Shown one piece after another: positions 40,541-56,677 of a stretch of 64,000 nucleotides of DNA; the stretch's first letter is position 1, and every line of letters starts with the position of its first letter. The position numbers were made by a program, and so were the translations under genes. Source of the stretch: Octopus vulgaris (lineage: Eukaryota); the NCBI GenBank assembly GCA_951406725.2, contig OX597836.1:4340001-4404000 (forward strand), read 5' to 3'. The notes beneath the pieces were generated by a model. It was given only the letters and a program-made list of their open reading frames with translations, made no database searches and was not told the origin of the DNA.

Positions 40541-41662
40541 TCTGTCTATTTATTCATCAGTATACCTACCTATCTATATCTGTGTCTGTCTATCTGCTAG
40601 TCTATCTATGTGAATGTGTACTTGTACGTGTGTGTGTATGCATATGTCGACGTATAAAATGTAACTTAATTCAATACATACTATCTAGAAACAATGTCCG
40701 AGAAAAAACTGAAACACATTTCTACTGAGCCACAATTCAACCACTTCTAAAGTGAAGGTCATATTATCTTAGGAGAGCCAACAGCAAACTGCTTTACTCA
40801 TTCAACACTACCAAATTATGTTCAACTTAGTGTGATATTCTGATAACAGAAAGCGAAGATTAATGCGATATCACAATCTTGATGGTAATTCACACTTTAA
40901 GCGTTCTGGAATAATGAGCGATAACCCCAAACGAATCCTTATTTAAGTCAAAGAGTAACGGAACTCTGGTGTAGATTATAAGAATACGATAAATGATACA
41001 GAACTAAATTGGTATTAATATTCTACCGACTTAAATGGAATAAATGCATTACAGAATATCGGTTATAAAATTCACTACAGTCCATTAAAATTTGTAGATT
41101 TGTACCCGTGTTTAGAATTCTTTTGAAGGTAACATGCAAACACTGGCACAGATATCCACTTTACTATGAGGTCTCTAAATATTCCGGGTTTCGACTAATG
41201 CTGAAATTGAGATAAATATATTAGTCACTGATAAATCCCTAAACGTTGTCTCGACCTGCTAAAACCTGCAGAAGAATATCGATAGCATCTGGAAAAGGAA
41301 ATACACATTGGAACATATATAGTTTTCATTACCAGTTCCTGTTAAACGAGGAGATACCTTTACAAATATGATCAAACGTAAAATATATTTGCCCTCCCAG
41401 AGTACATGCTTAAACCTTCAGCGATTGGAAGTCAGATGGCTCGAATAGATTTTAGTGAGAAAAAAATTACCAACCCTCGGAAACACGAAACGGCGTTTCA
41501 CCGGCCATCCATAAAGCAGATATAGATATTACATAATCACTTTTGACGCTGAGAGCCCGAGTCTTATTAGAAATAGAGAACTATCACACTATGGTAAGAA
41601 AGGGGAACGCGCTTAGGGTATGAAAGAAATAGGAAATAACGAAGGATATATATATGTAGATA

Positions 41663-41703
<41 letters not shown>

Positions 41704-41950
41704 ACACATATACGTATATGTATGCATATACAGACATATATATATATACATATATATATACATATATAAATATATATATGTATATGCATTTATACATATA
41801 CTTATATACACATATACATGTATATATATTATTTATATATATAAATTCTATGTATGTATATATGCATATTTACACACACGCACACACATACGCACACACA
41901 TACACACACACACATACACACACACACATACACACACGCACGCACACACG

Positions 41951-41987
<37 letters not shown>

Positions 41988-42335
41988 GTGTGTGGATCCG
42001 ATAAAATTTAAAGCTAATTGCATTTAAAAGCATTTTAAAATAGATATATTTGAACATGCGATTTCATCTAATTTCATCTAAGCTTCTTATCTCTCAGCGT
42101 TCACTCTTCAAGAATCCAGAATCATGTCATAGCCATGTTTACAATCGATCGACAAACTGTCGGAGATTTGTGTCACTGGAGAGTATTCGGAAGTATTAAG
42201 TAAACTATCTGTGTGCTATTATGTGCGATCCATTGTGGAAAATATACTTGAAGAAATAAAACTATACTTGTAGTGCATGGTAGTTACCGAAATGGAAAGA
42301 TGCATTCTTTCTCTCTCTCCACATCTCTCTATCTC

Positions 42336-42393
<58 letters not shown>

Positions 42394-42438
42394 GAGTGTT
42401 TGTGTGTGTGTGTCCGTATAAATATTGATACATACACC

Positions 42439-42518
<80 letters not shown>

Positions 42519-42615
42519 GTTATAATATACATGTGTATATATATAGTAATTTATATGTGTACACATGTATACACATGCACACATATTTATACATACATTT
42601 ATATGTGTGTATAGA

Positions 42616-42703
<88 letters not shown>

Positions 42704-42708
42704 TACAT

Positions 42709-43756
<1,048 letters not shown>

Positions 43757-44262
43757 CCAAGAAAAAAGTAACAAGAATGGATCAGTAGTTTAGTACAATT
43801 GTTTCATACTAAGAATATTTTATTTAAAGCTGCAAATATTACAGCAAATATAATGTCAAGTATTCATCACCTAAATCACATATATGTTTTCCAAACATCC
43901 TAGAGATGTGTAAATATCCTTATGAAGTATTAGGAGTGAGTTCTATGAATTTGAAGTAAGATTATAAGCAGACTTTATATGTTTTCTAACAATGCACAGT
44001 TTTTAAAAAAAGCTTTTAAAATGATTATTAACTTCTCAGAGAAGGTAAATCCATCCATAAAGATGCAGATATAAGTTCCAGGAGACATGGGGAAAGATAC
44101 TGGTCACACACCGGTTCAGTTCACATCTAACGTATGTATATATATATATATATATACATACATACATATATGAGAACGTAAAAGCATTTACTGGACATTT
44201 GAGTAAAAGCTTTATGCAATGATGTGCAAAGCTCGTCATACAGGGAAAATGCTCTTGGTACT

Positions 44263-44300
<38 letters not shown>

Positions 44301-44409
44301 AACTCCATATTATCTCAGCTGTTTAACCCAAGGTTAGCGATTCGTGGCCATTCTTTCTCAGTTTATGTCTTTGCTTAAAATTCCATTCATATCTTGAATA
44401 ATTTCTGCA

Positions 44410-45245
44410 CATAACAAATCGACTCAATCATTTGACAGGTATATTATTTTATCAATTCCGGAAGGATAAAAGGTATTATATTTCCATACACACTTATAAG
44501 AGAATAGTAAACCTATTCCATTATTTGTCTAATTGTCTCTTTTATCAAATTCGGAAGATCAAAAGTAAAGTTGGTCTTCATTTATAATTACATTGACACC
44601 TACGAGACCTTATAGCGATGCTAAATCCACCAAATATTTGGCTGGTACTTTATTTTTATGATCCTGGTTGAATGAAAGATATTAACTCTTCGTCTTCAAT
44701 TACAATTTCATTGGCATCTAAGGTCATCTACAGGAATATTAAAGCCGCCCTTGTATTTGACTATCACTGTTGCATCGACCCCTGAAGGACGGAAGTTAAA
44801 TTTAGGCTTAGCTCTCTATTATAATTCCATTCGCTTCAGGATGATTTATAGGACTATTAATTTGACTCAGTAAATGACTGGCAGTTTATTTTATCGACCC
44901 GAGAAGGATAAAAGTTAAATTTAGTGTTAGTCTTCTATCATAATAATTCCACTCAATTCTCAAATGATTTATAGCATTCATCTTAGATGTCAAGGAATTA
45001 TATTAGAAAGCTAAGAGTTAATATTGCCTCTCATCTTTCCAGGGTTATTATAAGGCACCGTCCAATTGGTTGCTCATTGACCTTCAGAGGTATGAGAGTT
45101 AAATTTGTCTTCTATCATAATTCTATTCACATCAGGAGAGATTTATAGAAGTACGAAATCCGCGACAATATTTGACTATTATTTGTTTTTATCGACCCAA
45201 GAATAATGAAAAGTTATCGAATCCGGCGATATTTGAACACCGAAA
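44410..45245. repeat. Old tandem array (~117-bp unit) built from a family A SINE core
   Basis: tttatcgaccc..gaaggataaaagttaaatt..tcttctatcataatt variants at about 44450, 44544, 44658, 44774, 44893, 45077 and 45191. Confidence 0.7.
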
Positions 45246-46552
45246 TTAAAAGGTGGAGACATAACTACTGTCATTTTGACATTGTGTCTAAACATTCCGT
45301 CAGTCCATATTCTTTTCTCTTGAAACAATTTAACCCCGACTACATCATCCAACGTACCCTAAAAATTAAAAAAAACACAAGACGGAGTTTTAAGGAAATT
45401 TGATCCTCTGATTCGTTCAGTGTTTAGTAATTTTCGATAAGAAAGACGCTCATTTTTGTTTTTTCCATGCGTGTACATCACCGTTGTTAACTTCCGCCGC
45501 ACTTCCGAAGTACTAATCTATCATTTAGTAATTGTCCCTCACTGTTTACTCTAGAGGTACTATATCATATTAACTGCATCTATTTGAAGTTAGTGATTTT
45601 ATTACTATTTTTAAAAACAATAAATAACATTCGTCGAAAATGGATTCGATACTTCAGCGACGTCTAAATCGTTTATTAATATTCCTTAAACTGGATAATC
45701 CCATAAATTATCCTTGTTGGCAACGCAAGCATAATGGAAGCCCCGGACCATCTTTACCTTTTATTCTTACGAGAAGCGTTAAATTAAAGCACCAGTGAAA
45801 TAATGGATCGATTTAATAGCATTATAAATCATTGTTGATGTGACTAGAATTCTAATATGGGGCCGTGGGTGGGGTAGCTACAATTATAATGACTGTCATG
45901 CGGAGGAACTACGATTTCGAAGTTTCGGCGGCAACGGCTATGGGAGGAACGCTGGCGCCGAAATGCTGAGATCCGAGTTACTCTTAATTTATGCTTAATA
46001 AATTATGATCTTTATTTAGAGATCTGTTATTAACTACTATACTTACCCTGTACATCACGATTACAAGCAAGCTGGTTACTGGTGTGACGAGATAGGGTTT
46101 TCATTGTTATTTTTACCATAATGTGTGACCATGTAAAATCTATCTTCTTGGATATGATTTATTCTTGTCTTGAAATACTCTTCCACAAAGCTAAGTTCCT
46201 CTTCTTACTTACGCGTTGCTTCAAGACAGTGAACTGACACAATCATTAAATCGTTTGATATAAATCTTTGTGGGGTGTGACATGATCTAAAACGCAGTGA
46301 GTTCAAATCCCGCGAAAATATTAAGATTTTTGCTATTTCGGGTTTGTTAAATAAAGTGTTAATCAAGCATTAGAGATGGATTCTTTCAACTACATCATAT
46401 GTCTACACAGGACATTTGATCCAAATTTTTACTATTCTGATATTGTTGCGTGCTGATTCCGAGTTTCATTTTTGTACTTCCATGTTTGTTTTCCAGAAAA
46501 TCCATTTACTAACAATAAATAAATAGATAAATAAATAAAATAGAAATGAATA

Positions 46553-46775
46553 AATATTTCTTTATTGCCCACAGGGGATTGAACACAGTTGGGACAAACA
46601 AATAAAGGCATGAAGTCGATTACATCGACCCCAGTGCGTAACTGGTACTTATTTAATCGACCCCGAAAAGATGAAAGGCGAAGTCGAACTCGGCGGAAAA
46701 TGAAGTCAGAACGTAACGGCAGACGAAATACCGCTAAGCATTTCGCCCGGCGTGTTAACGATTCTGCCAGCTCCT
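46553..46775 (-). mobile_element. Long-tail family A SINE
   Basis: Near-complete reverse copy. Confidence 0.92.
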
Positions 46776-46784
46776 TACCGTAAA

Positions 46785-47210
46785 CGTGGATCTGTGGTAA
46801 GGAGTTACTTTCCCAACAACAAGGTTCCAAGTTCGATGCCACTGCGTGTTGCTTTGGGCCAGTCGCTTCTACTATAGCGTTATAAATCTTTGTGAGGGCT
46901 TTTAGTTTAAGGAAACTGAAAGAAGCCCATTTTGTGTATTGTGGGTGTGTTTGTCCCACACCAACGCTTGTCAACCAGCGTTGGTGTGTTTCCTTCCCTG
47001 TAATTTAGCGCGAGCGCGCACATATACACATATACACACATACAAGCACTCGAGCACACGGAAACACTGACGAATACATATAGACACACGCACACACATA
47101 TATTAAGTCACCGTACTTAAAAAATGAATTCTGGGATCGATTGATTCAACCAGAAATTATGCAAGGCGATGCTCCAGAATGGACACAGTCGAATAACTGA
47201 AACCATTAAG
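46785..47210 (+). mobile_element. Decayed SINE family B
   Basis: ctgtggtaagg...gttcgatgccactgcgt...ggaaactgaaagaagccc...gcgatgctccagaatggacacagtc. Confidence 0.8.
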
Positions 47211-47549
47211 TGATAAATGATTAAATATATATAATTAAAAACAACAAGCAGGAACTAAGACACATGCATGCATACTCATCATCGATACCGACGCAGAGCC
47301 CACGAGTGCCTTCCCTATACTTTCATTGCCTTTCACCCATTTCACCGTGAACTTTGCATTTAACAACTTTGTTTGCGTTGCTTCCCTTTTATTCTCGACG
47401 TATTTATTAACGTCATTATCACCAAAAAAAACACAAAAAAACAAATACCGCTAAAACTATCACCATTCTCAACTTCACCCCACCTCCTCCCCATCATCAT
47501 CATCTTCCTTTTCCACCGCCCCTTTTCCTCCTCTTCCTCCTCCTCCTCA

Positions 47550-47595
47550 TCATCACCATCAATTTTCATCATCATCAATGTCATCATCATCATCG

Positions 47596-47659
<64 letters not shown>

Positions 47660-47660
47660 T

Positions 47661-47704
<44 letters not shown>

Positions 47705-47834
47705 AAACATCATCATCGTCCTCATCGTCCTCATCAACGTTAATTTTAGGAGAATTAGTAGCATAATTATATTAAATCATTATGAACACTATAATGATTT
47801 GATGAAATATTATTAATATTATTATTATTATTAA

Positions 47835-47865
<31 letters not shown>
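47550..47865. repeat. (CAT)n and (ATT)n microsatellites
   Basis: Direct reading. Confidence 0.93.
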
Positions 47866-48910
<1,045 letters not shown>

Positions 48911-48966
48911 CTGCAGTTACTTGTATTTCTTTTCCTGATGTGTTTTGTCGTTGCTGTTGTTGTTGC

Positions 48967-48967
<1 letters not shown>

Positions 48968-49001
<34 letters not shown>

Positions 49002-49054
49002 GTAGTAGTAGTAGTAGTAGTTATAGGAGTAGTAGTAGTAGTAGTAGCAGCAGC

Positions 49055-49146
<92 letters not shown>

Positions 49147-49147
49147 C

Positions 49148-49190
<43 letters not shown>
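48968..49190. repeat. (ATT)/(AGT)/(AGC)n compound microsatellite
   Basis: Direct reading. Confidence 0.95.
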
Positions 49191-49714
49191 TACTTCGCAA
49201 TTCGGGCAGTGATTGTAATAGAGCAGTACGTTATTGTGTGGCTGATACGGTTAATAACGTAGTAATGGCGGTAGCCATAGCAATGTCGGTTCTGTTGCAT
49301 GTGGTGTGTCAACATTATTAAGATTGTTTAATGTAGTTTTCTTAATTTAGTTCCATTAACCAAAAAGGATTGCCAACATCTTAGCAAACGAAGTAAATAT
49401 CACAATTAAGAAGAAATAAGAGTGACAAGAACAATAATAAAAACAAGAAAATAAAATGTTCTCTTCGAGAATAGTTAGAGATTATTCGAAAAACATTCTA
49501 ATTTTCTATTTCGAATTGTATTTTTTCGTTTTAACACACACACACACACGCATAAACAGACACACACACACACACACACACACAGACACATACACACACA
49601 CACACACACACAAATACCAACAAACACATATATAGAGTAACGCGAACACAGGTACACAAACAGAAAACACACACGCATGCACACAAGACAAACAACACAG
49701 ACACAAAATACATA

Positions 49715-49745
<31 letters not shown>

Positions 49746-49767
49746 ATTCAGACAAACACACATGTGT

Positions 49768-49808
<41 letters not shown>

Positions 49809-49853
49809 CACGTACATATACATGTACGTATTTATATGTGCATATATATATAC

Positions 49854-49892
<39 letters not shown>

Positions 49893-49897
49893 CATGC

Positions 49898-49961
<64 letters not shown>

Positions 49962-50298
49962 ATATACTATAACTCGTTGATTATTTGAAAATTTTAGGAT
50001 TCGTTTAGATTAATACACATGCATAAATACATATATTCATGCAAACATATATATACATATAAATAATATATGTATATATGTACGTATAGGTATGTACATA
50101 TATGCACACACACACACTTGCACACACATACATATAAATGCCTATATATTATTGGCAGTGTTGTTTTCTATCCAAATCTAATGACTCCATGCTGTAAATT
50201 ACCGAGTTAAGAACATTATAGAAAAACAATTAACGATTCTCTTTGATATATATATATCTACACACACACATATATATATACATATATATTTATATACT

Positions 50299-50390
<92 letters not shown>

Positions 50391-51524
50391 TCCATATATA
50401 TACATAAACATACCTACATATATACATGTACATATATATTATCTATATATTTATATGTATATATATATATATATGTGTGCGTGTGTGTATACATGTATGT
50501 ATGTAGAGAGATAAATAAAGAAAGATTGGGAGAGCTGGAGTTACGTGCATGTGAGTGAACGAACGAGAACAAATGTACTTGATAATATATGAGAGTAGTA
50601 GAAAATAGTTTGTTTTACTGTATCAATCTCTTGCATAATTCATCAAGAGATGTAAAGAAACACGGTCACACATGCTCAGATCAATATACACACACCCATG
50701 CGTCGACTGGCGCACAGACACACACACACAACAGAAATACACACATACATACATACACATATATATGTGATTATATATTTGCATATATATATATTTATAT
50801 ATATTCTAAATTGCATGTAGCGAGCACCACGATTTCATATATCAGTGTTTGGGATGTGAGAGAGAACCGTGGGTGGGGGATGTATTTGTGGCGGAAGTTC
50901 ATGCAAATGGAATCGTGCTACGATGCTAACATTTACATTGATACGTAAGCAGCAGAGAGTTGGATTCGAGAAGAACGACAGACCAGAACTCGGTGAACGT
51001 GTTTGGTGACTTATTACTATAGCATACTAATGGTAACCAAGATGATTTATTACTACAGCATAAACTAATGGTAACCAAGTTACCAAACAGTAAATGCGAT
51101 ACAGATCATGAAGTACAAAATATATAATAGGATAAGAATTAAATATATTATTTAGAATTGCTGAAAGGCTATCGATTTGTGATAGTTATTAACGTATAAA
51201 TGCTGCCAGTCTCTCATAATCCGAGTAGGATGGTATAAGTAGTATCTACTGGGTACCTGCACAAATAATTCATTGACTGTGATCAAATGTATGCGTTGTA
51301 CATAAGCTCACTCCTTCCATCTGATCGACGTTGCCTGAAGGAGTGCTCGTTTTAGTATAGATGGCGCTTCATAGTAATCACAGAAAATATGAGATGCACA
51401 GTTTACCGCAAGAACACAACGCATCAACCGGACCAGAAACTGGAACCTCATTCCTGGGCTTATATGTACATCATCCTAACCACATGATCATACTCAAACC
51501 GTGTATGTATGTATATATATATAT

Positions 51525-51700
51525 ACTACGCACACTTTTTTCTCTCCTTGTTTTTTTCTGTGTATCTTTCTGTTGAAGAGCGTCGGCTCGAAACGTAAAA
51601 GACTTTTTCTATTCCTGAGCGTTATACTAATACATCTGTTTGTTTTGTACACCACCTTTCTTCGGCTTTGGTTTGTTTCGTAAACTTTCCCTATGTATAT
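51525..51700 (+). mobile_element. Penelope-like fragment with minimal hammerhead (51565-51602)
   Basis: tcttt-CTGTTGA-a-gagc(gtcg)gctc-GAAAC-GTA-aaaga. Confidence 0.7.
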
Positions 51701-51784
51701 ATACATATACATGCGATATCTATATATTTATATATGTACACACATACATACGTATAGTTATGTATATACATACATATATATATT

Positions 51785-51960
51785 GTTGATATTTACAGAA
51801 AAACAAAAGACGAAGAGTGGTGTATAAACAATATGTACGTGTATTAGTTTGACGCTCGGGAAGATGAAATAATCTTTTACGTTTTGAGCCCACGCTCTTC
51901 AGCTGAAAGGAACACGAGGAAATAAACAGTGAGAGGATAAAAAAAAAGACTTATGGATTT
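51785..51960 (-). mobile_element. Penelope-like fragment with decayed hammerhead (51873-51910)
   Basis: Reverse match to 48140-48330; core mutated (CAGCTGA / AAAAC). Confidence 0.65.
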
Positions 51961-53519
51961 AGCGGTCAATCATGGCGACTGGTGGAACCGTGCACTCGTT
52001 CAGGCAACGTTGATCAAATGGAGGAAGTGAGCCGATGCACGTTGCATACGTTTAATCACTGTAAATAAATTATTTATGCAGGATACCCATTAGATAATAG
52101 TTGCACCGTCTTTCTCGGATTACGAGAGACTTCCATTCATACTTAAAACAACTATAACAGATTGGTAACCTTTCAGTAATTCTAAAAATGTATTTCTATT
52201 TTACTTCTGAACTTTTATCCTATGTTAGTATCTGGTATTATCTCTAGTCATTACTAGCCTTTCGATAGCTGAGTATAATCATGATCGTGAGTATCGTATA
52301 TTGATGATAGCAGTTTTTCTCTGACTGAACTGGTTGACCCTGGCCATTGATCTGTTTTGGATAGTTCTACCCTTACATATGACTACGTTGATAGTTTTCC
52401 GCCAAGGTTTCACACCTGATATGCTCCTCCACACGCAGGTAAACAGAGCCCCAACATCAACCTGCCCGCTTTTTGGGACACTGATAGATAACCGGATGCG
52501 ATCTTCCTGTCGTTTGCAATCGTCCCCATTCTTTCTCTTCTCAGGCAACAATTGGTAGCCTTGTTAAACCAAAAATAATGATGTATCGAGCATTGGTTTT
52601 CAATGTTCTTTATTATCACACACACACACATACATATATATATGCATGTATATATGTATGTATGTATGTGTTTATGTATATATATATATATACATATATG
52701 CATACATATATATATCTATCTATCTACCTATATATATATATATATACATATATACATATATATATATGTATGTACATACATATATACATATATACATGTA
52801 ATTATTCAGACACATATATATGTATATAGAGGTGAGGTTTCTGTTTATACAATATTATGTACAATATCTCCTTATATAACAGTAAAAACAAGCAATGTGT
52901 TGTTATGTTGGTCTGTCTGTGACGTAATGTTTGTTATCCAATGTATCTGTTTACATAGCGTACATCAATCAATGGCTACTGTGGCGAAATTGACCGTGGG
53001 ACAAAATATGTCTCTAAAATTCAGACATATTTACGTCAATATTTCTTAGAATTTAACGTACGGCCCCAGAGACAGGTAAAATAAAAAAAGATATATATGT
53101 AAATGCAGAAAAAAATTTAAGCAAAAGAAAAATAATTTGTCTTGAAGATTAGATGCGATTGTTTATTTCATAATTTTTAAAGCTGTGACTCTCCATCATC
53201 ATCTATCTTTCGGATTGTCGTAAACTCGTATTTATTTAAGATGGGACGCAATAATGTAATCTTACGAACGTACGCATCTGCATGCTGTGTAGATATCTGA
53301 ATATATATATAAACACGCTCACACATACACACACACATATATGTATAGAGACTTATATATATATATATATATATATGCGCACCTGTGTGTAAATATGCAT
53401 AGATGCATACATATATACATAGATGTGTATATATATACATACATATATATTATATATATGTATATATATATTATATATATATATATACTTATATATACAT
53501 TTATTTATATAATATATCA

Positions 53520-53585
<66 letters not shown>

Positions 53586-53600
53586 TACATATATACATAT

Positions 53601-53962
53601 ACTAGCACTATGACCCGGCGTTGCCAGGTCATAGTGCTAGTGCATGGATATACAGCTGCGTGCGTGCGCACATACACGCGAATACTGTCCAAATCTCCGA
53701 CCAATCACATACAGCTAGCTGGCATTCAATTGGTGTATCAAGTTTGAGGGATTTTGATTGTGTTTTGGATAAAAAAATTCAGAAAAAAGTCGCTTCTATT
53801 GATCTTTTTTATGGCTTTGCGGGATGACTGGGGAAACGTAAAGATGTGCACGACCACCCTTGGACGGGATTGAATGACCATACAAAGTGCGAGCCCTATA
53901 ACTGAAAAATTGTGGATTTGTATAAAGGACACACATGCAGACATTTCGCCGTTTATATACGT
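53601..53962 (-). mobile_element. Non-autonomous Helitron
   Basis: Minus strand starts tatataaacggcgaaatgtctgcatgtgtgtcc and ends with a GC hairpin followed by CTAG|T at 53602. Confidence 0.75.
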
Positions 53963-53976
53963 ATTATATATATATA

Positions 53977-54290
53977 CTAGCTGAATTGCCCGGCCTTGCC
54001 CGGGTTACTGCTGTTCTTATTCATATTAGGAAACAATAAATACGATGATATATTTATTTTCTTATAATTATTTCATAATATCCATATTTTATTACCAAAT
54101 ATCTAAATTGTAATGATAATAGAACTCCGAACTGAAAATCTGTTGAAGCACCTCAGTGTAAACAACCTTAACTTTAATATGTTTTATCGGTGTCCAAATG
54201 AATAAATGTTTGCTGTTTCCAACTCGTGTGCAATCAACGTAGACTTGGTCGTCGGACAATCATGTAGGAGAGAGATGAAGGCCACTTTAT
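53977..54290 (-). mobile_element. Helitron 3' end with RepHel helicase C-terminal remnant
   Basis: Minus strand GLHLSPT*LSDDQVYVDCTRVGNSKHLFIW..KVVYTEVL resembles the Helitron/PIF1 motif FSHGQLYVAxSRV...NVVYxEVL. Hairpin cccgggcaaggccggg is followed by CTAG|T. Confidence 0.85.
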
Positions 54291-54907
54291 TGCGGTGCTA
54301 CAAGGCCCTCGGAAATTAAGGTTTTGCTGAAGTTTGTGGTAATTCAATCATTGTAGTGAATCTACATAGACGGGAAATTTGCCTTTGCTCTTAGTTCTGT
54401 CTCATAGCAGCGGTATCAGACGGGTTACTATCGAATGACTTAACAAGTTAATTGAAGAAGAATGATATGAAGTAGAACAGAACTACAAGAGAACCTATGA
54501 AACGTGAAGTGGTTTTGTCGGCAAATTAGCATTTATCTGTTTAATACCAATCTGCAAGATAACTCAACCAGTCAAACGCACACAAAGAAACAGAGCCGCG
54601 CCTACACACACACCTGTATACACAATCATTGAGTTGACAGTTACGTACGCTTGTCGTTTTCCACATCCGTTGCTGACTTAACTGAGTTAAGTGATGTGTG
54701 ATGAAAACAATAGAATATCAATTATTAAGAGGATATCCGGTTCAGAGAAGCAGAAAATCCACAGCAGCATATTTCAAAGACGTCTTTCCGCATATTGTCC
54801 TCTTAACTTTGTTTTTCGAATTTCCTATTCATTTAACATACATACACGCACTCATACATAAATGTGTGTGCTTGTGTATGTATGCACTTATATATAAATA
54901 TAGGTGT

Positions 54908-54940
<33 letters not shown>

Positions 54941-54985
54941 CATATACACACGCATATAAACATACAAACACACACTCACACAGAT

Positions 54986-55090
54986 ATCGAAACGGTAAAG
55001 ACTTTTTCAATTCCTGAGCTTTATACTAATACATCTGTTTGTTTTCTACACCACCAGTCTTTTGGTTTTTTCCTGAATTCTCTCCCCTTT
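54986..55090 (+). mobile_element. Short Penelope-like fragment, starting within the hammerhead
   Basis: tcgaaacggtaaagactttttcaattcctgagctttatactaatacatctgtttg matches 51588-51645. Confidence 0.6.
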
Positions 55091-55136
<46 letters not shown>

Positions 55137-55259
55137 CATATATATTTGGTCGTTCTATGTTATTCTGTCTGGCGCTATGTCGCTTTAATCCTAAAATTAA
55201 AGCTGTTATACAAGGGCTTTACTAAAATATGGCGTGCTATTCAATCGTTTAAGTCGTCC

Positions 55260-55565
55260 GCAATTCTTACTGCCAACGGGTAGATAATCCCTCAACCGTC
55301 AGCTGGAACTCCGTCCACCAATGGAACAGCCTGATCCTGAAAGTAACGTGCATTCACGTAATTCTTGGAGATGATTCAGCGTGACACAGAATGTGACAGA
55401 GCCGGACGTTTCCAAATACACGTAGAACTCATTTTTGCCAGCTGAGTATCGTGGAGCCACGGGAAGAAAAACGTCTTACTCAAGGACGCAACGCCCATTC
55501 TCGAATCGAATTCACAACCTTACGACCGTAACCTGAATACCCTAACCACTAAGTCACGTGCTTCA
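55260..55565 (-). mobile_element. Older tRNA-derived SINE related to family C
   Basis: Minus head gtgacttagtggttagggtattc with gaattcgattc B box. Tail gtgtcacgctgaat...caggctgttcc is shared with 1487-1582. Confidence 0.8.
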
Positions 55566-56221
55566 GCATCACAATCACCTTCATGAACACCTGTATGGAC
55601 ATAACTTTCACCAACAAGACAAACATCGACAAATTGACATATACTAGAGTGCTCATATCTACTCACCCGCCATGCTGGAAATAGCAGATGTGTCCATTAT
55701 GATACCTACATTATGGTCTTAAAGATGGATAGAACGAATTATGTGATTGTGGATTTCATGTGGAAAGTAAAAACACCAATACGTCACCATGTTTACCAAC
55801 ACCACCGGCAGCACCAATCATTCCGCAATCAGTAGAAATAGCATAAACTACCAGTGAGAACTTACGCGACTGACACCATCAAATACAACGTTAAAACTAC
55901 CACTACCACCAAAATCGTCACCATGACGACCGATATCAGCGCCACCATCCGTACTGTCTTTACGAGGACAAACACCAGAAACAATCACGTCACCAAATCA
56001 AAAACTGTAGCTACGTAACAAATCGAATCTGCGTCAACACCACCACCACCACCACCACCACCACCACCACCACCACCATCAACAACAACAACAACAACAA
56101 CAACAAAAACAACAACAGCAACAATGAAAAGTGACAAAAGGATGGCGCCTGTGTGCGTGCGTACGTGCGTGCGTACGTGCGTGCGTGCGCTTGTGTGTGT
56201 AATAATTTTGGTGTTTATATA

Positions 56222-56343
56222 TGTGGCTATGTGGTAAGGAGCGTGCATCCAAACCATATACTCCCGGGTTCAATACCACTATAGCTTTTGGCCGTCCAAA
56301 CACTTGTGAGGGAATGTGGTAGACGGAAACTGAAAGAAGCCTG

Positions 56344-56391
<48 letters not shown>

Positions 56392-56575
56392 GTTTGCGTT
56401 TCTCGCCCTATCATCACTTGTCAACCGATGTTGCCTTTACGTCCCCGTAAAGTAGCAGTTCGGCAAAAAGAGACCGATAGAATAACTAGTAGACTTACAA
56501 AGAATAAGTCCCGGGGTAGATTCGTTCGAACAAATGCGGTGCGCCATGAACGAAACAAGTAAAAGAGTAAAAGAA
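56222..56575 (+). mobile_element. SINE family B
   Basis: gtggctatgtggtaag...ggtagacggaaactgaaagaagcctgtcgta...gaataagtcccgggg...gaaacaagtaaaagagtaaaaga. Confidence 0.88.
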
Positions 56576-56626
56576 TGAAATAATATATATTGCTCTAGTA
56601 TGGCCGTAAGTCAAATGAGTAAAGAA

Positions 56627-56677
<51 letters not shown>

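Noticed and set aside
45858-45998. Gly-rich open stretch (GRGWGSYNY...FGGNGYGRN)
   Set aside because: Short, with no convincing splice sites or recognisable homology.
50821-50944. AG...GTAAGC-bounded segment as a possible exon
   Set aside because: Weak acceptor and unrecognisable peptide; such pairs are expected by chance.
51011-51079. Short ~37-bp tandem duplication
   Set aside because: Ordinary local duplication with no further structure.
52334-52558. GC-richer 74-aa ORF
   Set aside because: No recognisable motif in any frame I read and no clear exon boundaries.
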